Assembly (NCBI GenBank): GCA_036172245.1
Contig: JAYWIR010000008.1
Coordinates: 3,348,001 to 3,412,000, forward strand
DNA: 64,000 nucleotides
From: Raillietiella orientalis
Lineage: Eukaryota
Direction of reading: 5' to 3'
Every line of letters starts with the position of its first letter. The first letter of the stretch is position 1. Below, in pieces: positions 34,492-46,239 of this stretch. Position numbers and translations under genes: made by a program. Below the pieces are notes generated by a model that was not told the DNA's origin, did no database searches, and worked only from the letters and a program-made list of their open reading frames with translations.

Positions 34492-37315
34492 CGTAGCGCA
34501 CACGCAGATGCGCACGGCATCACCTCTGTGCGCGTACAGCTACGCAAATGCACGTGTACATGTGATCCGAAATTCCATGTACACGTGGACACTCGGAAGG
34601 GAAGCAGGGTGTCATCGCTTTTCAGCTCTTTGGCCACCGAGGAAAATGTCCCTTTGCTCAGGATCAAGCCGCGATCGAGTCACTTGAGCACCGGTTAACC
34701 AAGGATTATTCCTAAGTTTCGGCCTTTTCCAAAGCACCGCGTTTCATAGAACTAGGTGTCTATATATACTCTCGGGAAGCTGGAGACATGCAAGGCTTAA
34801 AAATAAGCACTTGGAGTGAAGCAGCGTCCCGGATATACAGGAAAACCCGTGTAGTCATGGAGGTAAATCCCTAATGTGTTTATTAGCTTGGCATTCATGG
34901 CGGTGAATCAGGATTGGTTGTTAACTACTAATCGGGGTTGTTTTGAGCGTGTTTGTTGTTCTCATTCATTGCAACGAATTGTTTGGTGTGTTGTTGCACA
35001 CTTTTTTTTACAAAAAAAAGAGAGAGAGAGAGAGAGAGAGGAAGAAAGAAACGCTCCTGCGAATCTTCATTTGGAGGACCTTCTCACTTCTTCTTGCTTT
35101 CATTTTCTTCTCTTGTGTCGTGTTTCGTGACTTCGATGGTCCCTCGTCCCTCGTAAAGACATAAACCGTGCGAAGCCCTTGAAAAAAAATCAGGCCAAAG
35201 AGAAGCGCGAGCATCCGTTCGTCACCAAGGCGTACCGTTGCGAGCCTCCGCTTCCCCGAGCAGCAGCTGTAGCACTTTTCGCCCAAGCCGGAAGTTCCCG
35301 AAAATCGATCGAAAAGACCTACGGCAACCTCAGCTGCCACTGAACTCACTCAGATACCGACCCGTGGTTCTTGGGCAGTGGAGGGCAGATCCGTGGCGCC
35401 GTGCGTTCGTGTGTGTCCACTTCTGCTCTTGCAAGAAAACGACGGTTCCTCGCCACGAAGCCGAGAGGATGTTGTGACTCCCCCCTCAAGCTGGAACGCT
35501 GAAGGGCTTCAAAAGCCTTATCGGTCACCCACGCAGATCCCTGAAGTGTTGATGGCTGCAAAGCTAAGCGGGATCTTTAAGCTCCAACTTCTACATTTTC
35601 TACTCAAGGGACCATGTTTATTGTCTCTGTTCTTTGTTAAAGTTCTGTTAATCAAGAGAAGACATCGTCTAGTGGTCAACCACACGGAAAACCTCGCTTT
35701 TGTTTTAGCTGGGGCTGGGGACGGTCTTCCTGAACTGTTGTATGCTCTCTTTTTGGTATTGATTTTCAATGACTTAGCTGTCAACCAAGGTGTGGGGCTA
35801 TTCGGAAAAGAAACACAACGGCGGCATGTCCCTGTAAAGCACCTGCTTTTCGTCTTCATGCAGCACATGAAAATGTAGAAACCACAGAAGCAGGCGTCTC
35901 AACACGTGTAACTTCCCCGGTTCGAAGAACGCAAGCTGCCCTCTGCCGTTGGACTCGACAGCTGTGACCTGGCTTCAACCACCTGGCTCACCTTCGTATC
36001 GATGTGCATAAAGGGTTCTGAGCTCAACCGTGGCAAAGTTAACGAGTCCCCATTTACTGACTCATGTCCAGGTCTTCTTAGCAAGAAATAATGATGGGAC
36101 CAATGGTGCGTACATGTATCCCACATTCATTCGATTATCTCAAACCAAAGAAAATATTGTGTCATTTCATGCACAGAGACTTCCTCTAAATACAGGGTCA
36201 CTGACAGCCTGGAGTCGAGCTATAAACACTATAAGCAATGGGACGATCCTCGGATCACTAAGGCTGGCCAACCACTACGGCAGTACCATGTTGGGCCTGC
36301 AAGAAGGTCAGGTCTCTGCAAGCGATCAGTTTTTTAATAGAATGTGGTTCGAGCATTTAGTAATGTGACTGAGGCAGCTGTAGGGTCAATGATTCTCAAT
36401 AGCCGGAAGGCCACAATGCACAGGTTTTCCCGACACGCCATAAAAGAACTGATGGAGACCAGGTCATGTTTAAAAGGGCCTATGTACCATCCTTTTATCC
36501 TTCTGTTTCTACGTATAGGGCTTTATCCTGCAAGCTTATACACTTGTTGTCATCGACTTGTGATAGGAAATGAGAAAATGTGTTGCTTGCCGTGTGATGG
36601 TAGCTATCAAGCTCCATCTACTAAAAAGAACCTTTTCGGTGTTATGCGTAGTCCGTTCTCATGGATGCCTGATCACTTCAGTTTCCTGGTAACAAATTTG
36701 ATTTTGGGAATTTGAATCATTTCCTCCTTAAACTCCAAATCTTTGTTCACTCCCTCTTTATTCATTTCTTTTGGGGTCTTAAGGCTCCATCGCAAAGACC
36801 CATCTACTGAACGTAGTAACGAGCTCCGTTAAGAATTAAAATCCGTTACAGTAAAAGCTACCGTGCAGGCAGTTTCCATGCCAGGCCCGTGCATCTTTGG
36901 CAACCTGGCCAATGTCGTGGGTCCTTGCACTTGGATGCTGATCAGCATCCGCTGCCGACCCCATCAATGCAATTTCATCTGCTTGGATCCGGTCGCGTAC
37001 CAACGTGATCGTGGGGGTGGAAAAATAAGTTGAAATCACTTGCCACAAACGATGTTCATCGTCCCTATCACGCCGATCTCCCGGGGCACGCTTATCTGGT
37101 GACATTTGCATGTCGATTCGAGCCCCTTCGTTTAACTTTCTATGTGTGTGTGTCTTAGGGGGCAGAAAGCTACTGATAGTTAACGAGTTCAGGATTATTG
37201 CATTCCTTTCAGAGTAATGTATTAGCAATTATATTAAATTTAAAAAACGGGAAGGCACTTAAAGAGCTGCCATTCATCTTGAAAATCTGTAGTAGTAAAC
37301 AATGATTTTTTGCAG

Positions 37316-38404
37316 ACAAATCCTTTTCAAGGGAAACAGAATGCAGATGAACCACTCCCAGTGGATGTGAACCTTTCACTGCCTACAATTTGCTTAACAT
37401 GCCCTATTTGCTTGTGCCTCTACAATTTGGAAGAACGTGCTCCTGTTTACTGGATTACTGCCAATCCAAAGTGCTATCATACATACTGCATTCTCTGTGT
37501 AACCACATGGATCTCTACTACAAAATATCAGTGTCCCTTGTGCACAGTAGAAGATTCAGAATCTCCTGACGTTAACCTGGCCTCCATCCAGTACAATTCT
37601 GTGCTTATGATGATTCTAAAACAAGTCAGCGGCAATCAAATTACGCTGGTGGATCGGGAAGAATTGAAAAACAAATTTGAAACAGTTCAGAAAGTACTTG
37701 CTGAGTTAAAAAGAGAAAGAAATCATGACAGGCTTGAGGACAGGCCTGAACAAAGGATACCGCCTCAAACTGAAGGCAAAATTCAATCCATATTTCCATC
37801 GGATCAATGTGATTCGTCAGCAAAGGATCAATTTTCTGATGAGTATCCTATAGCAAGAATCCTCACACTTAGACCAAAACAGCGGAATCCCAAATTTTTT
37901 ATGTGGTTTGCCAACAAAAACAAATCCTTTGGTCGCATCATCTTGGAAACGCGTCCAGATTTAGCTCCCAAAATGGCGAAAAATTTCAATACTTTCTGTA
38001 GCAGTCTCGAACCCAGCTTCTGTTACAGGAATTCCCACATTTTCCAAGTATGCCCAGGTGAAATGATCCGTGGTGGTGATGTGCAACTTAATTCAGGACA
38101 AGGTGGCTATTCAATTTATGATCGGAAAAAGTTCCCTGCAGATGAATCTCCTTTAGAACCTCGAGCAGGTGCTGTTGTCATGGCTAGATGGGCAACTGAT
38201 GCAAAAACAAAACTAGATTTAGTAGGATCACAGTTCCTAATACGACTAAATGTGTGTGGCAGTGATCGTGGGCGTATATTAGGTTATGTGATATCAGGTT
38301 TAGAGGTTGTAGATGCTATCAGCCATATGGGTGGCTCCTCCAAAGTTGGACCTCCTCTCAGCACAGTCTTTGTTTCTGACTGTGGTAGGTATGATGAAAA
38401 ATAA
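37316..38404 (+). CDS. RING-HC, coiled coil, cyclophilin-like fusion protein (terminal exon; start probably in an upstream exon)
   Basis: C3HC4 RING: CPIC...KCYHTYCILC...CPLC. Heptad-rich REELKNKFETVQKVLAELKRE. Cyclophilin signatures FGRIILE..PDLAPKMAKNF, GGD...GQGGYSIY, GSQFLI, G.VISGLEVVDAI and VFVSDCG. A TTTTTTGCAG acceptor ends at 37315. Confidence 0.88.
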   Translation, partial: TNPFQGKQNADEPLPVDVNLSLPTICLTCPICLCLYNLEERAPVYWITANPKCYHTYCILCVTTWISTTKYQCPLCTVEDSESPDVNLASIQYNSVLMMILKQVSGNQITLVDREELKNKFETVQKVLAELKRERNHDRLEDRPEQRIPPQTEGKIQSIFPSDQCDSSAKDQFSDEYPIARILTLRPKQRNPKFFMWFANKNKSFGRIILETRPDLAPKMAKNFNTFCSSLEPSFCYRNSHIFQVCPGEMIRGGDVQLNSGQGGYSIYDRKKFPADESPLEPRAGAVVMARWATDAKTKLDLVGSQFLIRLNVCGSDRGRILGYVISGLEVVDAISHMGGSSKVGPPLSTVFVSDCGRYDEK

Positions 38405-38435
38405 ATCACATTTATTAAAATAAAAGCAAAGCAGA

Positions 38436-39294
38436 TCACTGTATCTCAAGAGTAGTCTCCCCTTTCTCTGTGTGTAATTTGACCAAGCTTCCTGAAGCTG
38501 GCCTATCATCATTCAAGCTCCATTTATAGAAAAGACTGGAAATATGATATTCAGTTTCTGAACCTGTTACACAAAAATTGCACCATCTAACCTGGCCAAG
38601 AATGTCAAAGGAGTCCACTTTGATGTATCTGCTTTTGGCATCCACTTTCGGTTCATAGGTGTATCCAAAACTGCAGGTAGCACAGCCACTGCTGTACTGT
38701 TTGATGGCATTCCAGATTTAGGTGCACCAAGGGATTTGACAAGGTGATGCACGGCCGCCTTCACCATCCCATAACCAATCATACTAGGAGTAGCTTCACA
38801 GGCAGCTGCAGCCCCACATAAAACCAACAACCCTCCATCTTTTAAGTGTTTTGCTGCCACATTGGCTGCAATTGTAGAGCTCCAAAGACTCTGTCTAATA
38901 ACAGTATCAGTGTTTTTAATAAAATCTAATTGGGGATTCATATTTTTCATTCATGGCTATTCCAAACCTTCAGATGCTATATTGCCTCCTGCCCATCCTC
39001 CTGCCATACATAAGATAGTATCCAATTGATTGCCCTCTAAAACATTTTTCAATTCATCATGGATCTGCTCTGACTGCTTTATGAAATCACGAGAAAAATC
39101 TACTATTATATCTGTATCAGCACCAACTGATGTACTGGAATCTACGGATCCAACCCACTAGGAACAGAAATGTCCTTCATTGTTAGACGTATGCATCATT
39201 TTTTTTTTACCCAGCTTTTATCTTTAAAACATTTCACACAAGCAGATCCGAGGGCGCCCTTGCCGCCAAAAACCAAAACTCGCTGCTTGCTCAT
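38436..39294 (-). CDS. QDPR: Dihydropteridine reductase (4 exons)
   Basis: [50 protein letters not shown] (YxxxK), [11 protein letters not shown] and RPASGSL, separated by three short GT-AG introns (e.g. 38926-38967). Confidence 0.95.
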
Positions 39295-41725
39295 CTTAAA
39301 AATACTACTTTTACTTTTTCACAATATAACCTAATAAAAAAATGCATTTTCTTCAGCGTACAGTACAATCACGAACCGTATACAAGTAAAGGCAAAATGG
39401 GAATGCACATATGCAAGGAACTTTCTATAAACCAGTCTTCCACGCAATGACTTCCAAATTATTAACACAAATCACACGACACGCGGCAATACTCATGTCA
39501 TCAAGCTTTTTACTAAGAGCACCAACAAATTGCAAAGGCAACCAAACGAACACGCCTCGGGCTACGCCGAGGCATCTGCGACGCAAGCATTGCCTTGCAG
39601 TTGGAACTGCCGAAAGTATGGAGCCGTCCCCTGGACCGGTCTCCTGAGGAACGGTGCGAAAAAGCACGGCTACCACACGCAGATCATGTAGCCTTCCAAT
39701 GCGTTGGGTGAACCGCCTGCAGCACACATGGGAATGTTTCCCTTTCCGCAGACAACGCTGGGTCAAAAACGAACGTCTCGAATCGCTCCCGCAAAGGAAC
39801 CTCTGCCCCTCCTCCCCAAGAGAAGACAGAATACACGAAACCCTCCTTGTGAAACAAATAATCTTCAAAAGGCATTCGAGGGAGGGAGGGGAAGGGGCAG
39901 AGGCAGATTCTTCTAAAGGCTTGATTGATCATTTTGAGTGGAAAGCTATGCCAGTGGAGAGGAGGAAAAAACAAAAAAAATCGGGTTGACAGCCGGATGT
40001 TCATATTCATGTTTGAAACGGAGTTTGGTTTAATTCAGCATTATTGTATTAAGGAGCAGCTGGATCTTACGCTATTTATCATTACAGTGCATACGCTAAT
40101 CTTTGAATCTAGAATAAAGAACGGTTGAGCTATTAAAGTAAAAACTGATCTTCATAGATCTCTGTTGTTTCTTATTTTAGGCCAAATGAGTTAATATTTT
40201 AGTAGCAAAGTTTTCTCCCAGTAAACCATAAGATGCACTAACCTAGGCGAATAGGATCAGCATACGAACAGCAGAAGCTTAGCTTGTTAGTGACAGGCGT
40301 ACATTCCCACTGATCGTGTGGGAACCGAGTCGCTGTAAGACATTTAAGCAAAAGAGCTCCTAGAGTATCGTCATATTAAGTTTCCCTTGGATGGTTTTGA
40401 TTCCTGGCCCCTAGACTTAGAGCAGATGGCCTCTGACATGAGAACGAAATCCGAAGTTTTGTGCCTTTTTAGATGGAGCCACAACGATGTGTGTGATATA
40501 TGAGCACAAAAAAATACTCTAGAAGAACAGGTAGGAAAGAAGCTGAAGTATTCGTTGTAATGATACTACAGTGCAATGATAAATTAAATTTGAATTTTTT
40601 TTTAAAAACAAACAAACAAGGAAATTCATATCTGATATTTGCAAAGCAGTTTTCTCGGATTCTTCCGGAAGCTCATTGCATTGCAAGTGCTAAACACAAG
40701 TTTAAAATAGTTGACAGTTAACGGCTAACTTTTTTCGGTTGGCAATACTTTTTTCCCTTCCACGAAGCTCTCCGTAATCGTAGTTTCATATTTTCAAAAT
40801 TTGAAGATCAAAGGCGGTCCTTATGGTTGTTCTCACTCTCTCTGTCTTTCTCTTTCGAATCTCTTAGGACAGACCAACCCAAGCCCGTTAAATCGCAACA
40901 GCGCAAAACTGCTCTCATTTTGTGAGATTTCACGTTCGATCAAAGATTCGTGCAAAAAACACTGTGAAAGATCTCCCTCTCCTTCCCTTGAAGGCAACAT
41001 GAGTGCTACTGTACTCTGAGAAGGAATTCCTGTGTGAGAAACATCAGCTACGAAATGACGAAATATATGGCAACTCTGATGATGTCAGAAACGACGGAGG
41101 AAGCAACGAAATACATGGCATGTTTCCAGAGTAACATCCTTTGGAGATGGCTTCAACATGTAGAAAGTTGAACGTGTGAACTTTTAGGTCAAAAACAAGC
41201 ATGTAAGAAAGAACATGTCATTCCGCCTTTTTTTTTTTTCTAGGCCATCGATGGTACCTTAACGCTGGAGAGGAAAACACTTGGATATGATTAAGTTTCG
41301 TGGTAGGACTAGTGCTCAGTGCTCTAGAATCCTTTAGAAATTCCTATAAAGAATTATATTCAAATGCTAGTGAATTAAATTGATTAATAAATAGTAATCA
41401 GTTAAAATTTGTAATGGTTGATGGAAATGGAAAAAAAACAAAAGTGCTGTGCTGAGGTATTTCGTATTCGTGTATTAAATTATATGGAAATGAAATTTAA
41501 TTTGATGTAACGCTACACTGGCATAGTATATAGTATTTCTATGTTACAGGAGCAACTTAAGAGATGCTCGATTTATGAATGCCATGAACATTTTGAATAT
41601 TATAAGGATGCGTGCTATTCTATAATTTTCTTACTTTTCTTACTCATAAACAATCAGTAAGGTAATCATCTCACCATGATTCTCAGTGATCTGCTGTAGA
41701 TTCTCAGTTTCCAAGGAGACGAATT

Positions 41726-41956
41726 TGATGGTTTGTTGATTCACTGGGTGCCAACTTCCTAGTGGCACTCTTGAGAAGGCACGGTTCCCGCATATTTATA
41801 AAGTAAAATATCCATTTCTCTTAGAAATGGATTCTAAAGCTCCAAAAGGGAATGCGTTAAGAACATAAGAATATTTTACTTTATAAATATGCGGGAACCG
41901 TTCCTTCTCACGAGTGCCACTAGGAAGTTGGCACCCAGTGAATCAACAAACCATCA
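41726..41956. repeat. Foldback: 86-bp inverted arms with 59-bp spacer
   Basis: 41726-41811 is the reverse complement of 41871-41956 with 2 mismatches. Confidence 0.92.
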
Positions 41957-44696
41957 GGAATGCAAAAAGTTCCAAAAGCTCCTTCAGAATGAGGATATTC
42001 GCCTCTCCTTCCTATCCACATCGGAAAGCCACAAGGACGAACTGCTCTTTATCGTTAAAACCAATGAATTCGAAGATGGTGTGGAATGTGCAACTTGGTT
42101 TTCCGAAGACCGCAGCAGACTGGGGGCAGATTTGTCTTTTTCCTTTTCCCGCTAAAATCAAACCAAAGTGGAAGTGCTGGAAGCACAGCGAAAGTTTAAG
42201 AAAGTTTATCCTCGCTCTTGAAGAAATTTGAAAAAACAGGTTTGATGACTGTGTGCCCCAAGCAATAATCTGTCAACTAGGATGTTCAGGATGGACGATT
42301 CCTGTCCTTAAACTTGATAGTTCAGGCAACCCATAATGAATGGCAATCCATAATCATGTCCTTAAAGGCTATACTGATCACGGAAGGTGATGAAAATCTT
42401 GGGAAATTTCACACGGGATGAATTTTTTTTGCAAACCAGCTTTTGGATCTTCCCTTCATGTGGCAACGCAGCACAAATGTGAAGATCGGCTTTCCTGTTT
42501 GGATTAGATCATGACTATCTTTCCCCAACGAAATTTTAACCCGCTTTCTTGTCGATTCTTTTTCGTTTCATTTTTTCATGGTTTATGTTACAGTTAACTG
42601 TGATTAGGGACGTTTAACAAAACACCGATCCCGATGCCATGATATGTGTAGCATTCAGTTTCGAACCCCAGTGTCGGGAGATCAAATGTTCCCGCAAAAT
42701 CAACCATTTCATCCTCCCCATCAACCAAACCGGAGTGGCCATGAGTCCTCTGGACACAAGAACACGTGCAGAGTGAGAATAACGCATGTTGAGTTAAGAA
42801 TGCATGAAAAATGGCGGTATGGCGGCACTGTGATAACTGGGACCGTGGTTCGATCAAATATCTGGACAGTATCACGGTCGTTAATAACCACGCTCTCACT
42901 AGTAGTATCCTGTGTTCTTCTAATGAATCTTTTTAAATCACACGATACCACGAATATAGGATTTCACGAGCATTTAGCGTCGCTGCTGAAATCGTATTTT
43001 CAGGCTTCCATGTCGCAGACATATTTTGGTTTCTTAGCACTTGAGTGCACAGGTAGTTGAGTACAGATTATTTGGATTATGTGGTCAAGGGCCTCATGGT
43101 GGATTTTGTCCTCTGCTGGGATACCGATGTGCAGACTGTGCATAGACCTTCGCCTACGGGGAGACGTTGGTCACCTAGTGCAAGACAGTTCCCTGCACGT
43201 GAAGAGAAAGCTCGGAATTCGGGAATGGTGCCGTCCTTGGTATCGACGAATCGTAGAGAGGAGGAGGACAACGTGGTACAGTTCCGAAAGTGGGATAATT
43301 TTGACAGAGTTCATCAGCATCATTTTTGTTAATGACTTTCAATTCTTTGGAAGTGGAGTAATGTAACCTTTGCAAGTACTGCTTCTGCCCTGGTCTGAGA
43401 ATTACTTTTTCAATCCCTGCAACGAAACTAAGGACCTCCTAATCTACTCGAATGGAAACATCAAGTGACTTTAACGAAATGTGCAGCTAATATGATGGAC
43501 CCGATTGTTTCAAGATGAAAGGAAAGCACTTTTTTTCGTTGAAAAGCTTCATCCTTACTAGGGATGCCAGGACTCTTTGATACAGGGACACGATGTATAT
43601 CCTTTCTAGGGGAGGACCGCGCGTGTGACATATAGTACACGAGGACGCTACTCATATGCTACTTAAGCCGGAAATGAAAACTGAGAGCTGAAGGATTTAA
43701 AAGCACACATTTCAACTATCCTAATGTGGACTGTGGATTATTTAGGTGGTATCCATGACTCCGTGTCTGTAACTCCATGTCTCTTACTTCTGGTCTCTAC
43801 CGATTTTCGTATTAATGATCTGAAGAGGGCACATCCATGGAAAATTTCGCTCTAAAGTGCGAAATGTTGAAATTATCTGCTTTCACTAGTCAATATGGAC
43901 TTCCTAAGTTATTTTCTCAGACTGTCTTTTCTTGATCTTGACGAAGCATTCATTTCGTGGACCACTTGCTTGTGGAGTGCATCAAAACTGCTCAGTTCCT
44001 CAGGAAGAAAGCACCCTTGCAATGCAACCCTTCTATCCAGTCACCTCACATAATGAATGCGTAACTTCAAAGCACTCTTTTATTAGACAAACAGCACTTG
44101 GGGCTCGATTTCCGAGTACAAAGTTCGTACACGGATTACGAGCTCTTCAAAACATATTGGCAGAATGAAAATTTTGTCAGTGCAAATTCCATTGTAATTT
44201 ACAGAATTCTTCATTATTCTTATTTACGTGCAATTTATGCCAATGAACCTTGGGTTACACGAGAAGGGTACCGGATCGGATCGTATTTACTGTCGCATCT
44301 TTCTTTTTTGTTTGTTCCATCCATAAACGGGGGAAAAGCTTCCGAGGTGGGGGGGGGGAATCGTATTTCTTTTGAAGGAATCTTTTGACATCCAAATTTA
44401 GAAAAAAAAACTGCTTAAGCACACGGTTTTTCAGGAGGAAAACAGGAACTATCCTGTTTCAAGTGGATGATAGAAGATGCTTGCTTAGAGTGAGAATTCA
44501 GTGGATCCATACATTCCCCATGACGACGATGCTGCCTACTCACACCTTTCCTCTGTAAAAGAGTGGTGAGTGATGGCGCGGAGAGCAAATTGCAAAGGGC
44601 AGGTGCAGTGATGGGCAAAGTTCTCTTTGCTCATTTATCGTAACGGCAAAGGTCTGACGTTAATAAAGTTTACAGAGTCGGAGATAAAGCCTCCGC

Positions 44697-45118
44697 GAGC
44701 TCTCATGAAAGCAGCAGATTAGAAAGATAAGAACCGGAAAACCTACGATGGGGCTCGAATGAAGGAGAACGATCTCGGCTTGGGGTTCGATAAGAAATGG
44801 CAAGCACCACCCTGAATGAAAGATTCGACTCGTCGATGGCTCCAAGACGGTTGGTGTGTCCATGGGGACGGCTTCGGCTAAGAAAAGGGCAACGGAGAGC
44901 GCAGAAGGCGGCAGCACGAGCAACGGAATAACGCGGACGAGCAGATGGGAAGGAGCTTAGCTGAAGACGCGTCTTCTCAGCTTCCGCGTACCGTCTCGAA
45001 ATGGAACCAAGGGAATTCGACTGACTTTGCAAGGGTTACTGGCATCGGGGAACCGGAGACCTTCCAAGGGTCGTGGGGAAAATGAGGGACAGGAAATAGA
45101 GCGTTCGTCTGGATGGGT
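44697..45118 (-). repeat. Inverted copy of the 31013-31433 repeat
   Basis: Reverse-complement match to 31013-31433. Confidence 0.9.
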
Positions 45119-46239
45119 CGGCAATGGCGACGACGTTCAAGACACATCTGATAGAGGCCTTTTTAAGCCATATCGTTATGAAGTATTCGAAAGATCACTT
45201 CATAGGCGACCTATGAAAACATCACTGTGCTTTAAGACGAAGAAAAAAAAAAAAAATTGGGCTTTCTGTTTGATTTAAGCAGCGGAGCACGAAAAAGGGT
45301 TGCTAAATGTGATCTTTGCTAAGAACAGCTATAGCTGTGATGTGAGGTTGAGCACGATGGACAGAGTTCTGTGCTCGTGGAAAACACTGCTTTCGTGTCG
45401 CTCGCCGAGCGCGCTGGCCCCGTGTCCATGCCGCCTGCATCTGCGTGTCAAAGGTGAACAAGGTAGTGTACATTCACACGTCGTGGTGTACGGTAGCGAC
45501 GGGCATCGTCGGTCCACGGAGGAGGGATTCTAATTAGCTGCCAATTAGCATTTGCGGATGAGGAGCTGAAGGGTTGCCACCCTTCCACTGAACTCTGCGG
45601 AGTGTGCTTCAGGAGAAAATAAAAAAGGCACACGAAGACGATAAGCTGTGATAACGTGATGACAGTGGTTTGTGCCGCAACTTTTCGAAATAAACGTGTT
45701 GAAGATTCCAGTTGGATGTGTTTTGTGATATATCCGCCATCAAGTTACGATAAGTGTATGTATGCCTTTATTGATATGCTTTTATTAAAAACGGAACACT
45801 AAATTGTATTGTATTTCTATGCATATGGCACATAGGTGCAGCATATTCCCAATCGTAGTAATGCTTTATTATGGACTTTATAAGGAATGGACTGTACTGT
45901 ACTTAGTAGAACCCTTGATAGTTATCAGTACATCAATGTTGTTTGATTTGCATTATATTTCCTGCCGAATCAGAATTTGAATTCTCGGCATTGCATGTAT
46001 TGTAAAAGTGAATATATGCAAACTAGTGTTCTCTATTGTATGTGTGCTTTCCTGTATCGAATGCAAAAATTCCTTTGTCAGCCAATGTCGAAAAAAAAAT
46101 GTTAGTTTCCATTCTCAAGAATGAAGCAGTTTCATATCGGAACAGTGGGTCAGATTGGATATCCCCATAGCATTAAAATTATATGTATTTCATTTTCATT
46201 GTGAATGATACATTGGAATTCAAGTTTTCCAAAAAGACG

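Noticed and set aside
34615..34735. U2 snRNA-like words (ATCGCTT..., TCGGCCTTTT)
   Set aside because: The matches are short and scattered, and the branch-pairing GTGTAGTA and Sm site are absent.
35378..37228. ORFs between the EVE and the RING-cyclophilin gene as more viral genes or upstream exons
   Set aside because: No recognisable motif or convincing splice chain. This needs BLASTx and RNA-seq.
31013..45118. Giant TIR transposon (Polinton-like) bounded by the inverted pair
   Set aside because: No transposase, integrase or polymerase lies inside, no TSD is seen, similarity fades gradually at one end, and the interior includes the housekeeping gene QDPR.
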